Assembly (NCBI GenBank): GCA_963663765.2
Contig: CAXXUA010000003.1
Location: 201,534 to 265,533 of the forward strand
DNA length: 64,000 nucleotides
From: Candidatus Poribacteria bacterium
GTDB taxonomy: Bacteria > Poribacteria > WGA-4E > WGA-3G
Direction: 5' to 3'
This document shows, one piece after another, positions 29,581-38,582 of the stretch; the first letter of the stretch is position 1, and every line of letters starts with the position of its first letter. The translations under genes were made by a program, and so were the position numbers. Under the pieces are notes generated by a model. It was not told the DNA's origin. It did not search any database and was given only the letters and a program-made list of their open reading frames with translations.

Positions 29581-30180
29581 TTAATTTCCTTGTACTGCTT
29601 TGAAAACAGAATTCATTGCACCAAACAAGATAGGTAAATTTGCTAAAGTAAAGTTGGTTCGATTTCGTGTAAAGACATCACCAACAAGATTTCCAAATTG
29701 CCACATAATTCCATCGGTGACAATGCCATGCACAGGAAAATTTGTATTGTCATTTATTTTCTGTGCTGCGACTAACTCTGCCAAACACTGTCCCCATCCA
29801 AGTTCAAAGTCGTTCTTTTTCGCTTCAACCATCATTATCAATGGTGTTCCGACAACAGTGATACCCAATTCAGACTTTGTGGCAATAAGATAATCTGGTG
29901 TTCCATTCAAAGTTTCATCATAAGTGATGGATTTCTTTACCCAAAGTCCGTAGTTTTCTGCATAATCTTTGTAGATCTCTCTTAAAATAGGAAATATGAC
30001 CACTTCACATCTTGATCCTTCTGATGTAAAAAAATCAATGTGTTGTTGACTAAATTCAAGTTCTTTCAAAAAATGTTCTGAAGGAACTTTCGCCTCAGCT
30101 TTGAAAAAATCATTGTACGTGTATTTGATATTGAACTTTTCCTGAACTTCAGAAATTGTCTTGAAATCACTAAATGCCAT
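29581..30180 (-). CDS. PD-(D/E)xK nuclease-fold protein (HsdR N-terminal-like), paralog A
   Basis: GTPDYLI...LIMMVEAKKNDFELGWGQCLAEL gives a D...ExK...Q motif series. The start ATG at 30180 has GGAGG 8 nt upstream (track start 30195). Confidence 0.6.
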   Translation of the reverse strand: MAFSDFKTISEVQEKFNIKYTYNDFFKAEAKVPSEHFLKELEFSQQHIDFFTSEGSRCEVVIFPILREIYKDYAENYGLWVKKSITYDETLNGTPDYLIATKSELGITVVGTPLIMMVEAKKNDFELGWGQCLAELVAAQKINDNTNFPVHGIVTDGIMWQFGNLVGDVFTRNRTNFTLANLPILFGAMNSVFKAVQGN

Positions 30181-30210
30181 GAGGACTACCTCCACACTTC
30201 CAATATGAAT

Positions 30211-30329
30211 TAGGTCTTACGCAAAAACGGTAAGCGCGCTTTGTCTGCTCGCTAAAAACTCAAGATACTTCTAAGAATGGACTGTTTAGGCATATTTATT
30301 GAAAATCTGTGAAAATTGCGTCCATCCTA
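30211..30329. mobile_element. Degenerate second copy of the CAGGACTTACGCA-TIR MITE family
   Basis: TAGGTCTTACGCAAAAACGGTAAGCGCGCTTTGT resembles the left end of the 10907 element. The right end GAAAATTGCGTCCATCCTA resembles AAAACTGCGTAAGTCCTG. The boundaries are approximate. Confidence 0.35.
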
Positions 30330-30342
30330 TTAATTTTCGCAT

Positions 30343-32043
30343 TTAGTCGTTTTGGACTTAGAAACGGTGCGCGAGCACCTGACAGGTTATAGTGGGGTCT
30401 ATATGAGCATGATAGAGGTTTTAGTTGCTATTGAAGCATGCTTGGAATAGTTCGCATCATTATACGGATCAGATCACCACTATAATGTTGCGTATACACC
30501 TTTGTATGTAGCGGAGTCATGCTCTGACATACTCCCCAAGCTAAAGCATGGGGGTTCTTAGTTCTTATATTGGAAACGGTTTGAGTTGTTTCCAAACGAC
30601 TTTTCCTGCTTCCGTGTCTCGTGCCCTTTCCTGAACAGCGTTGGGTCTTATTTGCACTCCACAGGCGTGACTTTCGGTGTGTCCCACCGTAGTTGGTTTC
30701 AAGTTTATTGCAGCATTGACATCTCTATCTATAGACATATCACATTGACTGCAGTGATACATTCTTTCTGAAAGTGTTAGGTCTTTCTTTTTGTGTCCAC
30801 AACCGGAACAGGTTTTACTACTTGCAAAGAACATATCTGCTTCTTTGACAGGTATACCGTGCACTTCTGCTTTTGTCTTGAGTTTTAGCAGGAAACTGCC
30901 TAATGCTGTATCTGACAATGCTTTTGCGAGGTTTCTGTTCTTCAGCATATTAGTAACCTTGAGTGTCTCAATACCGATCGCAGATGCGAGGTTGACAATC
31001 TCTGTAGTTGCTTTATGATGTGCATCGTTTCGGATACAAGCGATACGATAGTAGATACGTTCTAACTTGTGTTTTTGTTTGAACCAGTTGTTAGACTTGA
31101 AAACTTTTCTACTTAATCTACGTTGTTCTCTTGCTAACTTCTTTTCATATCGTTTCAGGGGTCTTGGATTATCATATTTCGTGCCATCACTCAATGTGGC
31201 AAGTGTGTTTATGCCTACATCTATACCAATCACAGGGTGCGTTGAGTTATCAACTGCTTCGGTGTCCTCTGTTTCTATGGTGATAGATACAAACCAACGA
31301 TGTGCTGTCCTTGAGATCGTCACTTTCATAATCTTACCCACAAAACGCAATGATTCAAACATGCTAATCCAACCAATCTTAGGAAGTTTGATACGCTTAC
31401 CTTCAACTTCTACAGATTGATTATTTGTGGTGAATGCGTCCTTTTTGCCACGCTTCTTGAACTTCGGAAATCTCGCACGCTTACCAACCCAACTCGCAAG
31501 CGCAGCAGACAAGTTACCAAATATGCTTTTATTGGCTACAACCTGATCCATATCTTTAGTCCAAGCATGTGCTTTCTTAGCAATATTAAATCGAGTGTTT
31601 AACTTCGCAGCGGATAAGAACTCATCATTTGCCAATGCAGACTTGAAATCTGCTAATGCATGATTATATGCAAATCTCGCATAGCCACACTGTTGTGCAA
31701 ACCATTTTCGTTGATTGTTATTTGGATTCAATGCAATCTTATGTGTTTTTAGCATGATCATATTCCAGTCCTATGAAGACGTCAGTTCCCTCTACTAAAG
31801 GTGTGTAGGTGTTAGTAGCACCTACACTGAACTGGTATAATGAGTATCTCATGTTTTAAACCAAAAATCAAGTTTTTTCTTGACACAAGCACTTAGCACG
31901 ACTACATCCCACTACCTAAAGGTAGGGGTTTTGTCGTGATTCTTGATAAATATAACTATAGGAAAGACCACCAAGTCTTTTGGATGTCTATGTTTGAGGC
32001 TGTGGGATGCGAGACTGCATTATCCTAAGTCCAAAACGACTAA
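30343..32043 (-). mobile_element. tnpB-only IS200/IS605-family (IS1341-like) element; extent provisional, bracketed by a 19-bp perfect inverted repeat
   Basis: TTAGTCGTTTTGGACTTAG at 30343..30361 and its reverse complement at 32025..32043 bracket tnpB. No Y1 (HUH) tnpA is nearby. A stem-loop GTGTAGGTG-TTAGTAG-CACCTACAC (31803..31827) lies upstream of tnpB. Confidence 0.45.
30565..31761 (-). CDS. tnpB: RNA-guided endonuclease TnpB (IS605 OrfB family)
   Basis: N-terminal HTH-like LKTHKIALNPNNNQ, RuvC-I VIGIDVGIN, RuvC-II IGIETL, zinc finger CSGCGH...CSQCD, RuvC-III DRDVNAAINL, and the family-typical tail ..SHACG...EAG. Confidence 0.9.
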   Translation of the reverse strand: MIMLKTHKIALNPNNNQRKWFAQQCGYARFAYNHALADFKSALANDEFLSAAKLNTRFNIAKKAHAWTKDMDQVVANKSIFGNLSAALASWVGKRARFPKFKKRGKKDAFTTNNQSVEVEGKRIKLPKIGWISMFESLRFVGKIMKVTISRTAHRWFVSITIETEDTEAVDNSTHPVIGIDVGINTLATLSDGTKYDNPRPLKRYEKKLAREQRRLSRKVFKSNNWFKQKHKLERIYYRIACIRNDAHHKATTEIVNLASAIGIETLKVTNMLKNRNLAKALSDTALGSFLLKLKTKAEVHGIPVKEADMFFASSKTCSGCGHKKKDLTLSERMYHCSQCDMSIDRDVNAAINLKPTTVGHTESHACGVQIRPNAVQERARDTEAGKVVWKQLKPFPI

Positions 32044-32048
32044 CAGCC

Positions 32049-32648
32049 TTAATTTCCTTGTACTGCTTTGAAAACAGAATTCATTGCACCAAAAAGTATC
32101 GGAAGATTATCTACAGTATAATTCGTCATGTTTTGTATAAAAGTATCACCTACGAGCCTGCCAAATTCCCACATTTTTCCATCGGTTACAATACCGTAGA
32201 CAGGAAATTCTGGATCGTCATTGATTTTTTGTGCTGCAACCATCTCTGCTAAGCATTGTCCCCATCCTTGTTCAAAATCGTTCTTTTTTGCTTCAACGAA
32301 CATAATCAAAGGTGTTCCGACAACAGTTATTCCCAATTCAGATCGTGTAGCAATAAGATAGTCTGGTGTGCCGCTCAATGTTTCATCATATATAATAGAT
32401 TTCTTTACCCAAAGTCCGTATTTTTCAGCATAATCCTTATATACCTCTTTTAAAATTGGAAATATAACTACTTCAGATCTTGCACCTTCGGATGCAAAAA
32501 CATCAATATATTTTCTGCTGAATTTAAGATCTTGTATAAATGTATCTGATGGTTTCTTTGCCTCAACTTCGAAAAAGTCATTTGACGTATATCTGATGCT
32601 AAATTTTTCTTGAACTTCAGAAATAGTCTTGAAATCAATAAATGCCAT
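32049..32648 (-). CDS. PD-(D/E)xK nuclease-fold protein (HsdR N-terminal-like), paralog B
   Basis: Colinear with paralog A (GTPDYLI...LIMFVEAKKNDFEQGWGQCLAEM) with an identical C-terminus NLPILFGAMNSVFKAVQGN. The start ATG at 32648 has the same GGAGGTAGTCCTC leader. Confidence 0.6.
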   Translation of the reverse strand: MAFIDFKTISEVQEKFSIRYTSNDFFEVEAKKPSDTFIQDLKFSRKYIDVFASEGARSEVVIFPILKEVYKDYAEKYGLWVKKSIIYDETLSGTPDYLIATRSELGITVVGTPLIMFVEAKKNDFEQGWGQCLAEMVAAQKINDDPEFPVYGIVTDGKMWEFGRLVGDTFIQNMTNYTVDNLPILFGAMNSVFKAVQGN

Positions 32649-32674
32649 GAGGACTACCTCCACAATTTCAATTA

Positions 32675-32764
32675 ATACCAAATTAACATAAGTTGTATTG
32701 TTTGAGTGCCGAGAACATGGACGGGTACAGAGACCCGTCCCTACGATTTAGGTTAATTTGGTAT
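32675..32764. mobile_element. 90-bp MITE with 13-bp TIRs ATACCAAATTAAC / GTTAATTTGGTAT
   Basis: TIRs at 32675..32687 and 32752..32764, with an internal hairpin GGACGGGT-ACAGAG-ACCCGTCC. A second, expanded copy lies at 55479..55612. Confidence 0.6.
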
Positions 32765-32788
32765 AACTTGTTTTCTGCAAAGCATAAA

Positions 32789-33610
32789 TTACGTACAAAA
32801 AGGTTTTAAATATGTAAAACTTTGTTCTGCAGCGTCTTCGGGTTCCATGATCTCTCGGAACGCTTGATGTACCGTCACATATCCATCGTAAGCGATTGCT
32901 TCCAAACCGCGAAACACTAATGGAAAATCAATTCCACCCTCATCTTGCAACCGTATCGGATCGTGCGGGACTTCACCTTGTATCCATGTCAAAAGTCGTG
33001 TCTTCCCTTCCGGTCTACGTATGTGGTTCTGAAGATAGACATTGAACAGATATGGTGAAAAGCGTTTGAGAGTCTCAACGTCATACTTCTGCGCGCATAG
33101 ATCGAGATTAGCAGGTTCATAGATAATACCAAAGTTCTTTCTGCCGACACGTTTTAGGACATCAATAGATCCCTCAACTGTTTCAAATAGACTCTGTGTA
33201 TGCGATTGATGTGCAAGACAGATGCCACGTTCTGATGCTTCGTCAGATGCATGTTGTGCCCAAAGTATATCTTCCTCAACCTTCATAGCGATCCGAATTA
33301 GTTCTGCCCCCAGCAGCTCCGTTAAATCAAGATATGGTGTAATATTGCGAAGTCCGTTCGGCCCTTCATCGTTGTTGAGTGGGACAGGAAAATCACCGGT
33401 GACCATAGATATTTTTAGGTTGAGTGATTCTGCCTGTTTGCGTGCAGCGGTAATCTGCTCCAAAGGAGAATGGATGCCAACCTGCGAAGCACGCATACAC
33501 ATCGCCTCATAACCGAGGTTTGCTGCTAATTCTGTGAGTTGTGCAAATGTGTGTGTGGCATCTCTTTTTGATGCTGTCTCTGCAACGCGAACGGAAAGTG
33601 AGAGTTTCAT
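32789..33610 (-). CDS. Sugar phosphate isomerase/epimerase (xylose isomerase-like TIM barrel)
   Basis: 273 aa with a TIM-barrel pattern typical of the AP_endonuc_2 family (LGYEAMCMR..., ELIRIAM, IYEPANLD...). Confidence 0.6.
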   Translation of the reverse strand: MKLSLSVRVAETASKRDATHTFAQLTELAANLGYEAMCMRASQVGIHSPLEQITAARKQAESLNLKISMVTGDFPVPLNNDEGPNGLRNITPYLDLTELLGAELIRIAMKVEEDILWAQHASDEASERGICLAHQSHTQSLFETVEGSIDVLKRVGRKNFGIIYEPANLDLCAQKYDVETLKRFSPYLFNVYLQNHIRRPEGKTRLLTWIQGEVPHDPIRLQDEGGIDFPLVFRGLEAIAYDGYVTVHQAFREIMEPEDAAEQSFTYLKPFCT

Positions 33611-33930
33611 CTAATCCTTTTCTCCAAAGTTTGTCGTGAAAGTCTATATTATAACCCAAGTTGCAACCTACTTCGGAATACTCTTATAGGAGGGGTTTCT
33701 AACCCCGATTTAGAACAAAAAACATTAATATTTGCGAAAAACCGTTGTTTTATTTGTAATAACTAGTGCTTAGTCACGTGCTTATTGATGGGTCTAAAAA
33801 GAAGTCGGGAATCGGAGTTCCCTCCTACAATACACACAATACACAAGTCTTCTGTAGGAGCGATCTCCGAATCTCAACCTACAATAGTATGTTGACTCAA
33901 CACTAGTAACTATCTGTTTGAAATTGTTTA

Positions 33931-34320
33931 GGTGGCAACTTTTGTGTATTTCTTGAGATTTCATAAGAATTTGCTACTATCAAAACCGTACCGTACGGTA
34001 CGGTTTTTTCGGTTTGCGGTACGGTTTTGTAAACATGTAATGCGTCCAGTATCTATAAGGCTTTATCGTGGTTTTTGTAGTGTTTTTAATGTGAAATCAT
34101 TTTCATTTTTTGGTACGGTTTTTACGGTTCGCGTTTTTATGTGTTTTGGTATTTGTTTTGCATAGTGTTTTTGTTGTGTGTTTTTCTTTTGTATATATTA
34201 TATATGATTTTTTATGGTTTTTGTAGTTTTTCGGGTGTCTGTTTATTGGGATTTTCAATAAGTTTAATGTGTATTTGGATTTACAGCAAAGTTTCTATTC
34301 AAAACTTTACACACCCTGTG
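33931..34320. repeat. G+T-rich, strand-asymmetric low-complexity tract with GGTACGGTTTT repeats and a 26-bp perfect palindrome
   Basis: Palindrome AAAACCGTACCGTACGGTACGGTTTT at 33982..34007. Further GGTACGGTTTT copies at 34018..34028 and 34112..34122. The plus strand has very few C residues. The tract ends with AAAACTTTACACACC (34301..34315), which resembles the TIR of the 40971 and 50547 elements. Confidence 0.5.
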
Positions 34321-35169
34321 TTATAGAAGTATATCAGTGATGGAAAGTACCATCAAAACCAAACTTATCATACCGTTCAACGTGAAGAACGCGAGATTGA
34401 CACGGGAAAGGTCATTTGGTTTGACAATAGCATGTTCATAAATGAAAATAAGGACGACAATTCCAACACCAATATAGTAAAAAAGTCCCAATTCCACAAG
34501 AAACGGTATACCGAATAGAAGTAAAACAGCGACCGCGTGAAACGCAGATGAAACCCATAATGCCCAACGAATACCGAGCCGCGCTGGAATAGAACGCAGT
34601 CCATGTTTTCTGTCAAAGTTAACATCTTGACATGCATAGATGATGTCAAATCCTGCTGTCCAAAGCAACACAACACAACAAAGTACTATGGGTGTCCAAT
34701 TAAATCTACCTGTAATTGCTATCCACGCTCCAACGGGTGAGATGGATAGTGCCAATCCTAACCACAAATGCGATAGTGCAGTGAACCGTTTCGAGTACGA
34801 ATACCCCATGATGACAGCAAGTGCAACAGGTGACAAAGCAAAAGCAAGTGGGTTTAATCGCCACGCAGCGCATACTAACAAACCTGCAGATACAAGTGTA
34901 AAAAACCAAACTGCTCCTTTTGTGATTAAACCTGACGGGATGGCACGCATTGACGTTCGCGGATTTACGCCATCAATTTCCGCATCAGCAAGACGATTGA
35001 ACGCCATCGCACAACTACGCGCACCCATCATCGCAACAAGAATCCAACCGAGTTTGGGAAGCGGTGGAATCCCGTCCGATGCAATAAACGCACTCATGAT
35101 CGCAAACGGAAGTGCAAAAACGGTATGTTCAAATTTGATCATCTCAAGAATGATTTTGAGTTTTCGCAT
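34321..35169 (-). CDS. UbiA-family aromatic polyprenyltransferase (4-hydroxybenzoate polyprenyltransferase-like)
   Basis: NRLADAEIDGVNPRT (NxxxDxxxD) motif, a second Asp-rich segment YACQDVNFD, and multiple TM helices. It is adjacent to ubiX. An alternative TTG start lies at 35172. Confidence 0.8.
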   Translation of the reverse strand: MRKLKIILEMIKFEHTVFALPFAIMSAFIASDGIPPLPKLGWILVAMMGARSCAMAFNRLADAEIDGVNPRTSMRAIPSGLITKGAVWFFTLVSAGLLVCAAWRLNPLAFALSPVALAVIMGYSYSKRFTALSHLWLGLALSISPVGAWIAITGRFNWTPIVLCCVVLLWTAGFDIIYACQDVNFDRKHGLRSIPARLGIRWALWVSSAFHAVAVLLLFGIPFLVELGLFYYIGVGIVVLIFIYEHAIVKPNDLSRVNLAFFTLNGMISLVLMVLSITDILL

Positions 35170-35176
35170 CAACTAC

Positions 35177-35767
35177 CTATTCTTTCCACCTTTGCGTCAA
35201 TCCTGAATCTACATCAAACTGGTCCAAGATTTTCGTGACAACAAAGTTAATTTGGTCATCTACCGTTTTCGGATAATGATAAAACCCTGGCATTGCAGGT
35301 AGAACACACACACCTATCCGTGATAGTTTGAGCATGTTTTCAAGATGGATGGAACTGAGCGGGGTCTCACGTGGCACGATAACAAGTTTTCTACGTTCCT
35401 TGATACATACGTCTGCTGAACGTTGGATAAGGTTACGGGAAATACCCGATGCAATAGATGCAACAGTCCCCATACTACACGGCACAACAATCATACCCTC
35501 TGTCCGAAAAGAACCACTCGCTATTGCTGCGCCGATATCAGATTCATGATGGTAAATCACCTGTTCCGTGTCAATACCAATAAGCGATTCCAACTTGAAA
35601 TTATCAATATCAACTTCAATCTGCAGTTCTTCCCACAGTGCCCGCGCGCCAGACTTAGAGATAGTCAGATGCACTTCAAAATCCCGTTGTTGTGTCAGAA
35701 CTTCAAGCAACCGCACTCCATAAACGACTGCACTTGCACCTGTGATACCGACTATCAATCGCTTCAA
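35177..35767 (-). CDS. ubiX: Flavin prenyltransferase UbiX
   Basis: KRLIVGITGASAVVYGVRLLEVL, ...MIVVPCSMGTVASIASG..., ~195 aa flavoprotein fold. The TTG start abuts the stop of the upstream gene. Confidence 0.85.
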   Translation of the reverse strand: MKRLIVGITGASAVVYGVRLLEVLTQQRDFEVHLTISKSGARALWEELQIEVDIDNFKLESLIGIDTEQVIYHHESDIGAAIASGSFRTEGMIVVPCSMGTVASIASGISRNLIQRSADVCIKERRKLVIVPRETPLSSIHLENMLKLSRIGVCVLPAMPGFYHYPKTVDDQINFVVTKILDQFDVDSGLTQRWKE

Positions 35768-37048
35768 TTAGTGTTTCTCCGATATAAACGGCAGAAGGTT
35801 GCCCGTTGTGTCAAATTCATAAGGAAGTGTCTTACCGACTACCTCAAGATTTGAATGTATTTGTGCATCTTCAAGGAGTACCTCTGAAATATCCATTTCT
35901 GTCAATCTCAACGTGCTCTCAATGCGAATCACACGTGCATTCTCCGGTTTCGTCAGTCCAATGGTGTCAAGTGCAACTTCAATCGCTTCTCTGTCTGTAT
36001 CGTAGTAGAAGGGGATCTTTGACTTCTGCGGACCAAGTGCGGTAATACCGTTCATATAGGTTGCATGTCGGTCAATCTGTTCAACGAGTCGCGTTGTTGT
36101 GAAATCTGCAAGACCAATTCCTGTTGCATTACCATCACTTTCTTCGGTGAGATCACGCACAAATATACGTAGAATCGCAGGTTTGAGGGGTTCTGGTTCA
36201 AAATTCTGCATCATCCTACCGATAACATTGGTATCCATTCCTGTCCCACTGATGTTTTTCCCAACCCAGTCTACAATCAAGAGGTCAAGTTCATCAAATG
36301 GAAGCCGTCCCATCAAAGATTTTGACTCAACCAGCAGTTCGCGTTCGGTTTGCAGAAGTCGTGCAGCAGGCATTGCAACAACCTTCGCAGTGTCTTCATG
36401 AGCATTTTCTATCAGTCCTAAACCAAATGCAATCTTCCCTGAGTCAAGGATAAAACTCCCTGCTGCTGTAATAACATGTTCAAAACCGTATTGAAAGAAA
36501 GCACGGTGATAAAAGTTTGCCCCTTGCTGTTTACCGAGACCAATAACCATCATCTTCATCAATCCGCTTTCTATAGATCCGTTGAAATCCGTATGTGCTT
36601 TAATGCGGTTAAGTGGTACGACATGGTCAGCTTCTGCGGCATAACGATCCATGAAAACAGGTAGGTCGTCAGCTCCTGCTTGCGGTAAAGTGCCAAGTTT
36701 CACAACATCCATTGTCGCTTTGACAGGTGCGCCAACAGTTTCCTCCGTAATTCCGTAATGCTCCAGCACGCTCCGCTGTCCTTCTGCTGTTGCCCCGCCG
36801 TGGCTGCCCATCGCTGGAACAACAAAAGGTTTCGCACCAATACCTTTGAGATAATCCACAGTCGCCTTAACTGCTGTTGCGACATTAGCAACTCCTCGAC
36901 TCCCCGCAGTAATCGCAACAGTCTTACCGGGATGGACAATAGCTGCAGCATCAATCCTATCCAATTCTGCATGAATTGCTGCGGGCAGATCATTGAGAAC
37001 CGGTGCGTCAAAATGCTGTCGGACTCGTGTCATTTTTGGAAGAGCCAT
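35768..37048 (-). CDS. LarA-like (DUF2088) domain protein, putative
   Basis: 426 aa with KTVAITAGSRG...VPAMGSHGGATAEGQ. The layout resembles the lactate racemase N-terminal domain family. This assignment is from memory only. Confidence 0.35.
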   Translation of the reverse strand: MALPKMTRVRQHFDAPVLNDLPAAIHAELDRIDAAAIVHPGKTVAITAGSRGVANVATAVKATVDYLKGIGAKPFVVPAMGSHGGATAEGQRSVLEHYGITEETVGAPVKATMDVVKLGTLPQAGADDLPVFMDRYAAEADHVVPLNRIKAHTDFNGSIESGLMKMMVIGLGKQQGANFYHRAFFQYGFEHVITAAGSFILDSGKIAFGLGLIENAHEDTAKVVAMPAARLLQTERELLVESKSLMGRLPFDELDLLIVDWVGKNISGTGMDTNVIGRMMQNFEPEPLKPAILRIFVRDLTEESDGNATGIGLADFTTTRLVEQIDRHATYMNGITALGPQKSKIPFYYDTDREAIEVALDTIGLTKPENARVIRIESTLRLTEMDISEVLLEDAQIHSNLEVVGKTLPYEFDTTGNLLPFISEKH

Positions 37049-37307
37049 CTGTTTCTGTCCTTATTCTAATAAAATGTATTGTCTTACTCAAATCTACTCT
37101 TACGGGCAATTCTAACAGAAATAACACAGAAATGCAAGCAAATTAGAGATGAACCAGGGTTATTTAGTTTTAAGAATTATCAGTTGATGGGTCTTATCCT
37201 TGTAATCTTGGGAATGTCATAAGACATTCATACCTTTGATGTGAACATCTGAGAATCCTGCAAATCTTGGTTCAGACATAATAAAAGACTTTACACCCCA
37301 TAATTTT

Positions 37308-37336
37308 TTGACAAATTTACATTTTTATGTCATAAT
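37308..37336 (+). promoter_or_regulatory. Sigma-70-like promoter candidate TTGACA-17 nt-CATAAT
   Basis: Hexamers at 37308..37313 and 37331..37336, ~90 nt upstream of ATG 37428. Confidence 0.35.
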
Positions 37337-37427
37337 TCCACACCTTAGTATTAGAAAATATTGACATCTGGTTTTCATTCAAACTATAAGGGTCTACATG
37401 CAAACACACCGAAAGGGAGGTTGAGTT

Positions 37428-38582
37428 ATGGACTCAGATAAATCAACGACAACAGAAACTTACCGTGCAACCGCATTCGCTGATTTCAATCCAGAACATG
37501 CAGCACCAGGTGCCACACCAGAACGTTTAGCACACTTGAAAGAACAAGGTTTTGTCATCATCAACGACTTTGTTGACAATCCGTGGATACCGATACTACG
37601 TGAAGCGGGTAGAGGTGTTACAGAAGCATGTGCACCTGAAAACAAATATGATGTAATTGACTGTTCAAAAGGGTACGTCCACAGAACAGGACAAGACCAA
37701 CCGTGGGCAATTCGAGGAATCATTCATCCAGCATTCGGTGAATCCAGTTTTGCTGAATTCCACGGTTCAACTGAATTCTTAGACTTCGTGGCATCCTGGT
37801 GCTACGGACTTCAACCTGAAGATCTAACATTCAGCGGTATGCTGCTGTGGGCAAATCCACGCACACATGAAAACAAACTCGGTTGGCACAGAGACGTGAC
37901 ATGGTGGGGGACGGGGAAAAGTTACTTTGCACAAAGGGAAGTCCGGGGCGATGGTCCTGAAGCATACTCTGAAGAGACTGAAAGTAAAATTTGGAAAGAA
38001 ATCCAAGAAAGAAACGTTAAGAACATAGAAAAACGGAACGGTGTAAGTATGTTTTTAGCACTTGTTGACGACGAATGCCATGAACTCATCCCCGGCAGCC
38101 ATGACAGATGGCGCACTCCTTATGAGCACGATGTACTACTGCCTAAAGCAATGAAAGATCAAGGTGTGCCGCATACACCAAGCTGGAATGGCACAGACCC
38201 CTTACCCGGACAAGTCGCAATACGACTAAAAGCGGGTGAAGCACTCATCCGAAACGGTGCAACAATCCACACAGGACACACTGTACCTGAACGCGAACGC
38301 AACACACTGTCAATCGGTTGGTCAAAATGGGGAGGTGAATTCACTGGAGAACCTTCCGTTACAGATGTCCGACATGCATGGCAGCTGGATTCAGCAGTAA
38401 GGGACACACTACCCCATGAATGGATGAAAACCGCATGGGATCGCTGGACAGAAACTCAAAAACTCGGCGATACACTTGAAGATCGTTACGTAGGATTTGA
38501 TATTAGACACATCAAATCTGGAATGGTGCTTGGGTGGCGCGGCGAATTAGAACAGAAAGCCGCTGCTGGTAAAGAAGTCTAA
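37428..38582 (+). CDS. PhyH-like Fe(II)/2-oxoglutarate dioxygenase, putative
   Basis: LGWHRDVTWWG (HxD) and a distal NGATIHTGHT histidine, 384 aa. GGGAGG lies upstream of the start. Confidence 0.45.
   Translation: MDSDKSTTTETYRATAFADFNPEHAAPGATPERLAHLKEQGFVIINDFVDNPWIPILREAGRGVTEACAPENKYDVIDCSKGYVHRTGQDQPWAIRGIIHPAFGESSFAEFHGSTEFLDFVASWCYGLQPEDLTFSGMLLWANPRTHENKLGWHRDVTWWGTGKSYFAQREVRGDGPEAYSEETESKIWKEIQERNVKNIEKRNGVSMFLALVDDECHELIPGSHDRWRTPYEHDVLLPKAMKDQGVPHTPSWNGTDPLPGQVAIRLKAGEALIRNGATIHTGHTVPERERNTLSIGWSKWGGEFTGEPSVTDVRHAWQLDSAVRDTLPHEWMKTAWDRWTETQKLGDTLEDRYVGFDIRHIKSGMVLGWRGELEQKAAAGKEV

Noticed and set aside
31832-31840. Extended -10-like TGGTATAAT on the plus strand upstream of tnpB
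   Set aside because: It points away from tnpB and antisense into paralog B, and there is no matching -35. It is likely a chance occurrence in AT-rich DNA.
33932-34326. ORFs 33932..34165 and 34141..34326 (+)
   Set aside because: They lie in the G+T-rich low-complexity tract and encode F/V/C/L-dominated peptides. They have no RBS, and their composition is driven by the nucleotide bias.
37190-37290. Dispersed repeat AATCCTG..GGTTCAGACA (also at 41590..41632) as a regulatory element
   Set aside because: Only two short, imperfect copies occur in the window, both adjacent to other repeat debris. That is too little to call a function or define boundaries.
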